A stretch of 59,515 nucleotides of DNA, filler included, from 5 parts of 5 records of this genome joined end to end with filler, not necessarily neighbours in it, one strand, 5' to 3'; positions 8,928 through 18,269 are shown, counted from the first letter of the whole stretch. The notes: generated by a model not told the origin, from the sequence alone. Numbers and translations are program-made.

Positions 8928-9851
8928 CTAGGCGGCGGCTTTTGCGGTGCGGCCGGCGCGGGCGCAGTTCTCGGCGACCAGCTCGATCAGGCGCGGTTGC
9001 ACCGAGGGCGGGAAGTCGTGGCCCATGCCGTCGATGATGGCGAGCCGGGCGCCGGGCATGGCGCGGGCCGAGGCGCGGCCGCCGGCGGGCCGGATCAGCG
9101 GATCGCTGCCGCCGTGGATCACCTGGGCGGGGCAGCGCACTTTTTTCAGACGCTTACTGAGATTGCCGGTGGCCATGATCGCCATGAACTGGTTGCGGAT
9201 ACCGCGCGGGTTCAGGCCCCGCTCCCAACTGCGCTGGAACATCTCTGTGAGTTCCTCGCGGCCCTGGTCCAGGGTACCGCCCAGCTTGGCCATCATCCCC
9301 AGGCCGAACGCCACATAGTCTTCCACGGTTTCAATCTTCACCCGCGGCGCCACCAGGGTTTTCAGCGCCGCCGGTTTCGGCGGCGGCAGGAAGGGGCTGT
9401 TGGTGCTGGACATGATCGAGGTGACGCTGAGCACCCGCTCCGGATGGGTGGCGGCGGCCAGTTGCGCGACCATGCCGCCCATGGAGGCGCCCACCAGATG
9501 GGCGCGCTCGATACCCAGGGCGTCCAGCAGCCCCATGGTGTCGGCGACCAGATCGTCCAGGGTGTAGGGGGCGTGGACCTTGAGGCCGACCATGTAGCGC
9601 AGCATCGCCGTCATCGGGCCGTACTTGAACGGCTGGCGGATGGCGGTGGATTTACCGGCGTCACGGTTGTCAAAGGCGATCACCCGGTAACCCCGGTTGG
9701 CCATGGCGTCGAGCAGACCTTCCGGCCAGAACACCAGCTGCGCGGAGAGACCCATGATAAAGACCAGCGGTTCGCCGTCCTCGGGCCCACGGGTTTCGTA
9801 GAAGAGATCGACGCCGTTGCTGCGCACCGTGCCTGTGGCCATGCCTGTCAC
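8928..9851 (-). CDS. Alpha/beta hydrolase (esterase)
   Basis: IMGLSAQ, FDNRDAG, nucleophile GASMGG, IHGGSDPLI, GMGHD; alternative ATG at 9842. Confidence 0.9.
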   Translation of the reverse strand: MTGMATGTVRSNGVDLFYETRGPEDGEPLVFIMGLSAQLVFWPEGLLDAMANRGYRVIAFDNRDAGKSTAIRQPFKYGPMTAMLRYMVGLKVHAPYTLDDLVADTMGLLDALGIERAHLVGASMGGMVAQLAAATHPERVLSVTSIMSSTNSPFLPPPKPAALKTLVAPRVKIETVEDYVAFGLGMMAKLGGTLDQGREELTEMFQRSWERGLNPRGIRNQFMAIMATGNLSKRLKKVRCPAQVIHGGSDPLIRPAGGRASARAMPGARLAIIDGMGHDFPPSVQPRLIELVAENCARAGRTAKAAA

Positions 9852-9888
9852 CTGTGTTGGGGGATTTTCGGGTTATCCGCTCAACATA

Positions 9889-9927
9889 GAAAAGCCCGGC
9901 GCCAACCACAAGCGCCGGGCTTCTTTT
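9889..9927 (-). terminator. Rho-independent terminator downstream of the thiolase
   Basis: AAGCCCGGCGC / GCGCCGGGCTT 11-bp stem with T/A runs on both sides. Confidence 0.75.
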
Positions 9928-9964
9928 GGCCCGCACGGCCCGGCGAAGGGCCGTTGGAACGGCG

Positions 9965-11131
9965 TTAGAGCACTTCGATGATGGTGGCGTTGGCGGTGCC
10001 GAGACCTTCGCAGATCGCCAGCAGACCGTAGCGGCCACCGCGCCGTTTCAGCTCGTACACCAGCGTGCCCATCAGCTTGGCGCCGGTGGCGCCCAGCGGG
10101 TGGCCCAGCGCCTGGGCGCCGCCGTTGACGTTCAGCTTGTCGTAGTCGGCGCCGAGGGCGTTCATCCACGCCAGCGGCACGGAGCCAAACGCTTCGTTGA
10201 CCTCATAAAGATCAATGTCCGCCAGGGTCATGCCGGCCCGCTTGAGCACCTTTTCGGTGGCCGGGATCGGGCCTTCCAGCACCATGGTGGGGTCGGAGCC
10301 GACCACCGCCATGGCGTGGATGCGCGCCAGCGGCTTGAGACCGAATTCCTTCACCGCCTGCTCGCTGGCCACCAGCACCGCCGAGGCGCCGTCGGTGATC
10401 TGGCTGGCGTTGGCGGCGCTGATGATGCCGTTCTCCGCCAGCGGCTGCAGGCCGCGGATGGAGTCCAGATCGGCGTCCCAGCGGATGCCTTCGTCCACAT
10501 CGTGCAGGGTCTCTCCGCCGTCATCCAGGTTCACGTTCACCGGCAGGATTTCCTGCTTGAAACGGCCCGCTTCGGTAGCGGCGGCGGCGCGGCGGTGGGA
10601 GTCGTAGGCGAACTGGTCCAGGTCGTCCTTGCTGACGCCGTACTTCTTGGCCATGCGCTCGGCGCCCACGAACTGGCTGAAGTTCTCGCCCGGGTAGCGG
10701 CGGCTGATTTCGCCGGTGAACGGATTGCCCAGCTCCTTGGCCACGGTGACCGGCGAACCGATCGGCACCTGGCTCATGGATTCCACGCCACCGGCGATCA
10801 CCAGGTCCTGGGTGCCGCTCATCACCGCCTGGGCAGCGAAATGAATGGCCTGCTGGGAGGAACCGCACTGCCGGTCGATGGACACGCCGGGCACCGATTC
10901 CGGCAACCGTGAACTGAGCACGGAGGTGCGCGCGATATTGAAGGTCTGCGGCCCGATCTGGCTGACGCAGCCGTAGATCACGTCGTCCACCCGGTCCGGG
11001 GCGACGCCGGTGCGCTCCAATACCGCATCAATCACTTTACCGCCCAGATCCGCCGGGTGAACCCGGCTGAGCCGGCCGTTGCGGCGGCCGCCGGCGGTGC
11101 GTACCGCTTCTACGATGTATGCCGTGGTCAC
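9965..11131 (-). CDS. Acetyl-CoA C-acyltransferase (thiolase)
   Basis: RQCGSS catalytic Cys, [13 protein letters not shown]-terminal CEGLG. Confidence 0.95.
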   Translation of the reverse strand: MTTAYIVEAVRTAGGRRNGRLSRVHPADLGGKVIDAVLERTGVAPDRVDDVIYGCVSQIGPQTFNIARTSVLSSRLPESVPGVSIDRQCGSSQQAIHFAAQAVMSGTQDLVIAGGVESMSQVPIGSPVTVAKELGNPFTGEISRRYPGENFSQFVGAERMAKKYGVSKDDLDQFAYDSHRRAAAATEAGRFKQEILPVNVNLDDGGETLHDVDEGIRWDADLDSIRGLQPLAENGIISAANASQITDGASAVLVASEQAVKEFGLKPLARIHAMAVVGSDPTMVLEGPIPATEKVLKRAGMTLADIDLYEVNEAFGSVPLAWMNALGADYDKLNVNGGAQALGHPLGATGAKLMGTLVYELKRRGGRYGLLAICEGLGTANATIIEVL

Positions 11132-11263
11132 GATGAGTTCCTCGCCTGAAATCGAAAGAACCCCAAGACTACGCCCGGCCCGCCGCCGCGCTCAATGACC
11201 ATAATGAACCCCGGTCCTGACCCGAACGAACCCGGCAACGGCCGCCACGGCCGGCGGCGGCGC

Positions 11264-11941
11264 TTATAGGGTGACCATCCTGACCTGATACAACACCGGG
11301 CCGGTGGGTTGACCGGTGGGTGAACCGCCCGCCGGTTCCAGGCTCACGGCCAGGGTGCGCGAACGGCGCAGCACCTGGAGTTGTTCCTCGGTCAAGGCCG
11401 CGGCCTGCTCCTCGTCGGCGGTCGGTAACAGCCCCATGGAGATGGCGGCCCCGGAACGGGGCAACAACCACAGCTCGAACGCCTTGCCGTCGGCGGGGGC
11501 GTCCACCTGCACGCCCTGCGCGGACAGGTAACGCCGGCCGTCCTCGCTGCGGGCCTCCAGCACCCACAGGGGTTCCGCCTGGCTGTTCTGGATCACCCCG
11601 ACGAAACGTTGCGGTGCAGGCGCCGCCGGCCAGAACAGCATCACCGTGATCACCAGGGAGGCGGCCAACAGGCCCCCCACCGGCCACCACAGGTTCCGGG
11701 CGCCGCTACCCGGACGATCAATGCGGCCACGCACTTTGCGCCATACCACCGCCGGTGGGCGGCGCTCGGGAATGGCGCCGTTGAGCGCCTGGAAGCGGCG
11801 CTCCCAATACCACACCTGACGCCGCACCCGTGGCGACTCCAGCATCCAGGTTTCGAAACGGCGGCGGGCGGCGCCGGTCAGGGTGCCCAGCACATACTCC
11901 GCGGCAAGGGCGTGATTACGTTCGTGCCGATCCGCTTTCAT
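11264..11941 (-). CDS. RskA-like anti-sigma factor
   Basis: LAAEYVLGTL N-terminus, PPAVVW, single TM helix, C-terminal ELWLL...LAVSLEPAGGSPTGQPTGPV; ATGA-coupled to the sigma stop. Confidence 0.9.
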   Translation of the reverse strand: MKADRHERNHALAAEYVLGTLTGAARRRFETWMLESPRVRRQVWYWERRFQALNGAIPERRPPAVVWRKVRGRIDRPGSGARNLWWPVGGLLAASLVITVMLFWPAAPAPQRFVGVIQNSQAEPLWVLEARSEDGRRYLSAQGVQVDAPADGKAFELWLLPRSGAAISMGLLPTADEEQAAALTEEQLQVLRRSRTLAVSLEPAGGSPTGQPTGPVLYQVRMVTL

Positions 11942-12483
11942 CGTTCCAGACACCGGCGCATGAAATCCAGACCGCGACGGACCCAGCTTTTCACCGTGCC
12001 CAGCGGCCGCCCCAGGGTGCGCGCCATCTGCCCATGGGTAAGACCGTGAAAGTAAGCCAGCTGAATGCTGGCGCGATGCTCATCACTGAGCTCACGGAGA
12101 CAACGGTCGAGAATTTTTTCGTCCGCGCTTGCCAGCGCCGCCTGCTGGGGCTCCATGGCTCCGCTGCGTAACTGATTTTTCAGGTCGTCCACATCCTGAT
12201 GACCGCGCCGCTGGCGCAGCACATCCATGCAGGCGTAACGGCCGATGGAAATTATCCAGGTGAGCGGTGAACCGCGTTCAGGATGGTACTCACCGGCGTG
12301 GTGCCAGACTTTTATGTAGATTTCCTGTAACACGTCCTCGGCCTCGTGCCGATTCCCCAGCATTCGCAGACAAAGGCCGTATAAACGCGGCGAAGTCGCG
12401 CTATACAACCTTTCGAACGAAGCCAGGTCTCCTCTGGAAGTCTGCGCCATTAGTTGCACCATATCCGAAAACTTTTCACTCAT
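11938..12483 (-). CDS. ECF sigma-70 factor, SigK/RpoT-like
   Basis: Region 2 AEDVLQEIYIKVW, region 4 AYFHGLTH...PLGTVKSWVRRGL; Cys128/Cys178. Confidence 0.92.
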   Translation of the reverse strand: MSEKFSDMVQLMAQTSRGDLASFERLYSATSPRLYGLCLRMLGNRHEAEDVLQEIYIKVWHHAGEYHPERGSPLTWIISIGRYACMDVLRQRRGHQDVDDLKNQLRSGAMEPQQAALASADEKILDRCLRELSDEHRASIQLAYFHGLTHGQMARTLGRPLGTVKSWVRRGLDFMRRCLER

Positions 12484-12560
12484 GGCGCGTCCCGCTCCTT
12501 TGTCTACACGCCGCGCTCACGGGGAAGGGTGGAATTTCCAGTGTTACCCGCTCCCCTCTG

Positions 12561-12587
12561 ATACGCGCTCCGCCGCCGAATGGATGC
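12561..12587 (-). promoter_or_regulatory. Putative ECF autoregulatory promoter (GCATCC-N16-CGTAT) of the sigma/anti-sigma operon
   Basis: Minus strand GCATCC attcggcggcggagcg CGTAT; same boxes and spacing as the plus-strand copy. Confidence 0.75.
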
Positions 12588-12609
12588 AATAAAAAGTTAA
12601 TTTTTTACC

Positions 12610-12636
12610 GCATCCAAACGATCACCCAACTCGTAT
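12610..12636 (+). promoter_or_regulatory. Putative ECF promoter (GCATCC-N16-CGTAT) of the DUF4331 operon
   Basis: GCATCC aaacgatcacccaact CGTAT, 35 nt upstream of ATG 12672. Confidence 0.75.
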
Positions 12637-12671
12637 TACAACGTGATCGCTACCGAAAATTGGAGAAAAAA

Positions 12672-14222
12672 ATGCAACATCTGCTTGCCAAATCACCACT
12701 CGCCATCGCGGTGGCCTCACTGGTTCTGGCCGCGCCCTCGGCGCTCGCGTCAAGCCACCGTGAAGCCCCGTTCATCACCGGCAGTCCGAAGGTCGACGGC
12801 ACGGACTTCTATATGTTCCGCAGCTATGAACCCACCCGCTCGGACTTTGTAACCCTTATCGCCAACTACCAGCCGCTGCAAGATGCCTACGGCGGTCCGA
12901 ACTATTTTCTTCTCGACGAAAACGCCGTTTATGAAATTCATATCGATAACGACGGCGACGCTATCGAAGATCTGACATTCCAGTTCCAGTTCAACAACGA
13001 ATACAAGAACCTTGCCGTGCCCGCCGGCGCGGATGGCGACACCCCGGTGCCGCTGAGCAATATCGGCCCGATCTCCGCGGGCGACACCAATGCGCTCAAC
13101 GTCACGCAAACCTATACGGTGAAGCTGATTACCGGCGACCGCCGCAGCGGCCAATCGCAAGCCATCACCAATGCGAGCAGCAGCTCTGAAACCTTCATCA
13201 AGCCGATGGACAACATCGGCAACAAGTCGATTCCCGATTACCCCGCCTACGCCAGCGACGCGATTTACCCGATCGCCATTCCCGGTTGCGATAACGACGG
13301 CAGAGTGTTCGTCGGTCAGCGCAAGGAAGGTTTCGTGGTCAATCTGGGCGAAGTCTTCGACCTGGTTAATACCAATCCGGTCGGCCCCCGTGACGGCGAA
13401 CGCAACATCATCGGCGACAAGAACATCACCAGTCTTGCGCTGGAAGTTCCTAAAAGCTGCCTGACCGCCGGTGATAGCGCCGTGATCGGTGGCTGGACCA
13501 CCGCCAGCGTGCCGCAGGCGCGGGTCATCAACCCGGCCCCGCAGGGCTCCGCGGTGACCGGTTCCGCCGGCGCCAAACCGGCCAGCGTGGAAGGCGGCGC
13601 CTTCACCCAGGTCTCCCGTCTCGGCTCACCGCTGGTCAACGAAGTGGTGATCGGCCTGCCGGACAAGGACCGCTTCAACGCCAGTGAACCCAAGGACGAT
13701 GGCCAATTCGCGCAATACGTTACGAATCCGAGCCTGCCTGTGCTGCTGAATGCTCTGTTCGGCGACGCTGCGCTGCCACCGGAAACGCCGCGTAACGATC
13801 TGGTCACCGCCTTCCTGACCGGCTTCCCGGGTGTGAACCAGCTGCCCACCGTGACCCCCAGCGAAATGCTGCGGCTTAATACTGACATCGAGCCGACGGT
13901 TCCCGCCGATCAGAACGATCTCGGCGTAGTCGGTGGCGACCTCGCCGGATTCCCGAACGGTCGCCGTCCCTATGACGACGTGGTGGATATCGCGTTGAAC
14001 GCGGCGATGGGCAAGCTCTGTGGCCAGTTAGACGCCGGCAACTGCGGCACCCAGTCCACGCCTCAGAACGGTGACAACTTCTACACCGACGGCACACGGG
14101 CCGCCGGCGCCACCGCCGCCACCTCGGTGATCAGCGGTGAAATCGACAACGATGACACCTATCTGGCCGAGTTCCCGTACCTGGCGAATCCGATCCCGGG
14201 CTCTCCGAACGAAGCTCGATAA
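12672..14222 (+). CDS. Secreted DUF4331-family protein
   Basis: GGAG SD, ATG 12672; signal peptide ending ALA-SSHREAP; DGTDFYMFRSYE, QVSRLGSPLVNEV, GFPNGRRPYDDVVDI, FPYLA. Confidence 0.85.
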   Translation: MQHLLAKSPLAIAVASLVLAAPSALASSHREAPFITGSPKVDGTDFYMFRSYEPTRSDFVTLIANYQPLQDAYGGPNYFLLDENAVYEIHIDNDGDAIEDLTFQFQFNNEYKNLAVPAGADGDTPVPLSNIGPISAGDTNALNVTQTYTVKLITGDRRSGQSQAITNASSSSETFIKPMDNIGNKSIPDYPAYASDAIYPIAIPGCDNDGRVFVGQRKEGFVVNLGEVFDLVNTNPVGPRDGERNIIGDKNITSLALEVPKSCLTAGDSAVIGGWTTASVPQARVINPAPQGSAVTGSAGAKPASVEGGAFTQVSRLGSPLVNEVVIGLPDKDRFNASEPKDDGQFAQYVTNPSLPVLLNALFGDAALPPETPRNDLVTAFLTGFPGVNQLPTVTPSEMLRLNTDIEPTVPADQNDLGVVGGDLAGFPNGRRPYDDVVDIALNAAMGKLCGQLDAGNCGTQSTPQNGDNFYTDGTRAAGATAATSVISGEIDNDDTYLAEFPYLANPIPGSPNEAR

Positions 14223-14236
14223 ACAGGAGCGATCCG

Positions 14237-14476
14237 ATGAGATTGATTAAACAAGGTGCGTTACTGGCGTGTCTGATTGTCGGTCTCGCCGCCTGCGGCG
14301 GCGACAGCGACAACGACCCGGTGGTCAACAACAACACCAACTTCACGGCCTTCGTGAAGGGGCTGCTGGACGACGACCCCAACGGCGAGCCGGCCAACAT
14401 CAACAATCGAAACTTCCGTTTCACCAACCAGGAAGACCCGGATGCCTATGACGACGTCCTGTCGAGCAACAACTAA
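14237..14476 (+). CDS. Small Asp/Asn-rich lipoprotein
   Basis: AGGAG SD; lipobox LAA-C20-GGD. Confidence 0.85.
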   Translation: MRLIKQGALLACLIVGLAACGGDSDNDPVVNNNTNFTAFVKGLLDDDPNGEPANINNRNFRFTNQEDPDAYDDVLSSNN

Positions 14477-14489
14477 GGGACGGGGTATC

Positions 14490-15677
14490 CTGCAACAGCT
14501 CCGGCGGCTCGCGCTGCCGGGGCTGTTCCTTTTTGTGGGCGGCGCTTTCGGCAACCCTGCCGTGGCGGCGCCCTATACCCCCGAGACCGACGATCAGGTC
14601 CTCCAGCGCCTGCCGACCCCCAGCATTCTCGACGGGGCCGATGCCCTTCAGGAAAAGCTGGCGGACGATCCACGGGACCGCGACAGCGCGGAACAGCTGG
14701 CACGCCTGTATATCCAGGCGGCACGGCGCGAGGGCGACCCCCGTTATCTGGGCTACGCCAGCGCCACCCTGTCGCCGTGGCTGCAGGGGTCCGACGCGCC
14801 GCCTTCGGTGCTGGTGCTCGCCGCCACCATCGCGCAGGGGGAACACCGCTTCACCCAGGCCCGCCACCAGCTGCGGGAGGCCCTGGCGCAAAATCCACGC
14901 CTCGGCCAGGGCTGGCTGACGCTGGCGGTGATCACCCAGGTCCAGGGGCAGTATGAAGAAAGCCTGCAAGCCTGCCGCCGTGCCGCCACCCTGGTGCCGA
15001 CGGCGGCCGCCCTCACCTGCCAGGCCAGTGTGCTGGCGCTCAACGGCGGGCTTGAGCCCGCCTACGCCCGGTTGAGCCGGTACGCGGACGGCGCCGGCGA
15101 CGTGGCCGACAATGTGGCGGTGTGGATGCAGACCCGCCTGGCTGAAATGGCCTGGCAAAAGGGCGACCTGGACGCCGCCCGCGCGCACATCCAGCGGGGA
15201 CGAGCGCTGGACCCCGAGGACCGCTACCTGCGGCACCTTTACGCGGATTTCCTGCTCGCCGAGTCGCGCCCCGACGCGGCCATCGATGTGCTGGAAGACT
15301 ATGTCGACCAGGACGGCGCCTTGCTGCGCCTGGCGATCGCCGCCATCGACGCCGGGGACCGCCGCGCCGACCGTTGGGCGCAACAGTTCCGCGATCGGAT
15401 GGCGGCGGCGCAACGCAGCGCGGAGTACGCGCATTTGCGCGAACTGGCGCGCTTCACCCTGGTGGTGGAAGACGACCCGGCAGAAGCCCTGGCATTGGCG
15501 CGGGCGAACTGGCGCACCCAGAAAGAACCCGCCGACATGCACATCTACCTGGCGGCGGCGCGGGCCGCCGGCGAGCCCGGCGCGGCGGATGAGGTGCGCA
15601 CCTTTATCGCCGAGCACGGCGTGCAGGACAGTCGTCTGGCGCCGTTCCTGGATAACGGTACGGAGGCCGGGTCATGA
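14490..15677 (+). CDS. Exported TPR-repeat protein (start uncertain)
   Basis: Signal-peptide-like LRRLALPGLFLFVGGAFGNPAVA-APY; helical repeats (ALAQNP, RALDPED); ATGA-coupled to the next gene. Confidence 0.8.
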   Translation: MQQLRRLALPGLFLFVGGAFGNPAVAAPYTPETDDQVLQRLPTPSILDGADALQEKLADDPRDRDSAEQLARLYIQAARREGDPRYLGYASATLSPWLQGSDAPPSVLVLAATIAQGEHRFTQARHQLREALAQNPRLGQGWLTLAVITQVQGQYEESLQACRRAATLVPTAAALTCQASVLALNGGLEPAYARLSRYADGAGDVADNVAVWMQTRLAEMAWQKGDLDAARAHIQRGRALDPEDRYLRHLYADFLLAESRPDAAIDVLEDYVDQDGALLRLAIAAIDAGDRRADRWAQQFRDRMAAAQRSAEYAHLRELARFTLVVEDDPAEALALARANWRTQKEPADMHIYLAAARAAGEPGAADEVRTFIAEHGVQDSRLAPFLDNGTEAGS

Positions 15678-16801
15678 TCAAGCTTATTACCGTACTGCTC
15701 CTGATCCTTCCCACCCTGGCGCTGGGGCACAAACCCAGTGACAGTTACCTGACCATCAACGTGGAAGACGGCGGCACCCTGTCCGGACAGTGGGATATCG
15801 CGCTGCGCGACCTGGAGCGGGCCGTGGGCGTGGATCAGAACCGCGATGCCCGGGTCACCTGGGGCGAACTGAAAGCGCGGCGCGCGGAACTGGAAGACCA
15901 TATTCTCAGCCGGCTGACGGTAACCGCCAGGGATGGCGACCGCGAGCAGGTCTGCACACTCGACAGTGACGGCCTCAAAGTGGACGACCATGTGGACGGC
16001 ACCTACGCGGTGTTCCTGCTGACGGGCGACTGCGGCCTGTCGCCACTGTCGCTGACACTGAACTACCGGCTGCTGTTCGACCGCGACGCCAGCCACCAGG
16101 GCCTGGTGGAAGTACGCTACGGGGATCAGCCCGGTCAGCCGGTGGCGCTCAGCAACCAGCACCGCGAGCAAACCCTGAGCCGCGACGGCGACGGCGGCCT
16201 GGCCGCGCTGGCCACCTTCTTCCGGCAGGGCGTGCATCATATTCTGATCGGCTACGACCACATTCTGTTTCTGCTGACGCTGCTGTTCCCGGCGGTGCTG
16301 GTGTGGCGCCAGGGCGCCTGGCGGCCCAAGGAGTCCATGCGCGAGGCCCTGCTCACCACCCTGGGCATCGTCACCGCCTTCACCGTGACCCATTCGCTGA
16401 CGCTGGCGCTGGCCTCCCTGGGGCTGGTGAATCTGCCGTCCTGGCTGGTGGAGTCGGCGATCGCCATCACCGTGGGCCTGGGCGCGGCCAGCAATCTGGC
16501 GCCGCAGTACTTCCCGCGCCGCTGGGTCATGGCTCTGGTGTTCGGTCTGATCCACGGGCTCGGCTTCGCCGCCGTGCTCGCCGATCTGGGCCTGGACGGC
16601 GGCAGCTTGGTGCTGACCCTGCTGGGCTTCAATCTGGGGGTGGAAGCCGGCCAGGCGCTGATCGTGTTGATCTTCGTGCCGGCGGCGTTCCTGGTACGGC
16701 GCACCGCCGCCTACCGGCGCTGGTTCGTGCCGATCGGCTCGGTGGCGATTATCGCCATCGCCACCGTCTGGGCGGTGGAGCGTCTGGCCGGCGCGCTGTA
16801 A
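15674..16801 (+). CDS. HupE/UreJ-family membrane protein with N-terminal periplasmic domain
   Basis: Signal peptide then His (ALG-HKPS); GVHHILIGYDHILFL, FTVTHSLTL, FGLIHGLGF, FNLGVEAGQ; about 6 TM helices. Confidence 0.88.
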   Translation: MIKLITVLLLILPTLALGHKPSDSYLTINVEDGGTLSGQWDIALRDLERAVGVDQNRDARVTWGELKARRAELEDHILSRLTVTARDGDREQVCTLDSDGLKVDDHVDGTYAVFLLTGDCGLSPLSLTLNYRLLFDRDASHQGLVEVRYGDQPGQPVALSNQHREQTLSRDGDGGLAALATFFRQGVHHILIGYDHILFLLTLLFPAVLVWRQGAWRPKESMREALLTTLGIVTAFTVTHSLTLALASLGLVNLPSWLVESAIAITVGLGAASNLAPQYFPRRWVMALVFGLIHGLGFAAVLADLGLDGGSLVLTLLGFNLGVEAGQALIVLIFVPAAFLVRRTAAYRRWFVPIGSVAIIAIATVWAVERLAGAL

Positions 16802-16819
16802 GCGTCCGGCCCGGGCGGC

Positions 16820-17659
16820 TCAAAGGCGGCGAATGCCGTCGCGCTCGATGGCGATACGCCCCGCTTTGTAGAGCTTACCGATGGCCTGCTTGAAGGCGTT
16901 CTTGCTGCACCCGAAGGCGGCGCGGATCGCCTCCGGGCTGCTTTTGTCGCCCAGGGCCAGGAAACCGTCCGACGCCTCCAGCCGCGCCAGGATGCGCTCG
17001 CCGAGCTGATCGCTCTTGGCGGCGCCGGGCGGGTCCAGCGTCAGGCTGAGACGGCCGTCGGCGCGCAGACGCTGCACATAGCCGGTGAAGCGCTGGCCGG
17101 GGCGCGGGGGCGCCACGCCGGGCGGTGCCTGCAGCAGGCCCCAGTAGCGGTTGTCCACCGCCACCTTGTAGCCCAGGTCGGTGCTTTGCACCACCATCAG
17201 CGGCACCGCGTCGCCCTGGCGGTAGGCGTCGCAGGTGTCTTCCAGATGGCGGTCCAGCAGGGCGCTGGCGAACGGCCGGCCGTCCCGGTCGCGCACCACC
17301 TTGACCAGTTGCCAGCGGCCCACCTCCGGGCGGTTGCCCTGCTCGGCGAACGGCAGCAACAGATCCTTGGGCAGGCCCCAGTCCAGGAATGCGCCCACGC
17401 GGCTGGTGTCCACCACGCGCAGGCGCGCCACTTCCCCGGGCATCGCCTTGGGGCGGCCCAGGGTGGCGCGGGGGCGGCCGTCGCCGTCCTCGTAGAGAAA
17501 CACTTCCAGTGCTTCGACGTCGGCGGCGTCGTCGGCCAGCTCGCGGGCGGGCAGCAGCACTTCGCCGAGGTCTTCGCCGTCCAGCAACAAACCCGCGGGT
17601 ATGCGTTTAAGCACCGTCAGGGTGCGCAGGGTACCAAGGAGCGTGCCGGGGGCGGTCAT
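16820..17659 (-). CDS. cvfB: CvfB-family S1 RNA-binding protein
   Basis: GAFLDWGLPKDLLLPFAEQ; C-terminal winged helix DKSSPEAI...SKNAFKQAIGKLYK. Confidence 0.88.
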   Translation of the reverse strand: MTAPGTLLGTLRTLTVLKRIPAGLLLDGEDLGEVLLPARELADDAADVEALEVFLYEDGDGRPRATLGRPKAMPGEVARLRVVDTSRVGAFLDWGLPKDLLLPFAEQGNRPEVGRWQLVKVVRDRDGRPFASALLDRHLEDTCDAYRQGDAVPLMVVQSTDLGYKVAVDNRYWGLLQAPPGVAPPRPGQRFTGYVQRLRADGRLSLTLDPPGAAKSDQLGERILARLEASDGFLALGDKSSPEAIRAAFGCSKNAFKQAIGKLYKAGRIAIERDGIRRL

Positions 17660-17663
17660 CGCG

Positions 17664-18197
17664 TTACCACATCAGGTCGTCGGGGATCGGGTAATCCGCG
17701 TAGGGGTCGTCTTCGTCCTGGACGTTGCGGTCGTTGAGCAGGACCACGGCGGCCTCGTCGCGCTGGCGGATCTTCTCCGCCACCGTGGTGGGCACCAGCT
17801 CATGGCCTTCGCCCAGGGCGACGATGGCGATCTGGCCGCGCGCCAGCTGGTCGCGCTGCGGCTCGGTGACGTGCAGCTTCTTGATCTTCTTGTCCTGCAC
17901 GAACTGGTAGGCCACCTCGCCCCGGGCACGATCCAGACGGTGGGTCTCGATCAGCTGGCGAATCTGCGCGACGATTTCCCGCTCGCGCTGCTGCCGGTGG
18001 CGCTCCGCTTCCAGCTGGCGGTCTTTTTCCGCCTGCTCGGCGCGCTGGCGGCGGGCCCGCTCGGCCGGGTCCTCCAGCTCGATCTCGCCACGCTTGGCGC
18101 GGTTGGCGTCTTCCTTCTTCTGCTGCTTGGCGCGGCGCGCCTTCTTTTTGTCCGCCAGCCCCGATTTAAGGAGCTGATCCTGCAACGAATTAGCCAT
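17664..18197 (-). CDS. DUF2058 (YaiL-like) protein
   Basis: SLQDQLLKSGL start, DDPYADYPIPDDLMW end. Confidence 0.88.
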   Translation of the reverse strand: MANSLQDQLLKSGLADKKKARRAKQQKKEDANRAKRGEIELEDPAERARRQRAEQAEKDRQLEAERHRQQREREIVAQIRQLIETHRLDRARGEVAYQFVQDKKIKKLHVTEPQRDQLARGQIAIVALGEGHELVPTTVAEKIRQRDEAAVVLLNDRNVQDEDDPYADYPIPDDLMW

Positions 18198-18269
18198 GGG
18201 GGTTCCAATAACGAAAATTCAGGTACGAGGATAACGGAGCCGGGGCCCGCCTGCCTATTCCACGGCGCG

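Noticed and set aside
12267-12671. 135-aa N-terminal extension of the DUF4331 ORF
   Set aside because: Overlaps the sigma gene and the promoters; SD and signal peptide point to ATG 12672
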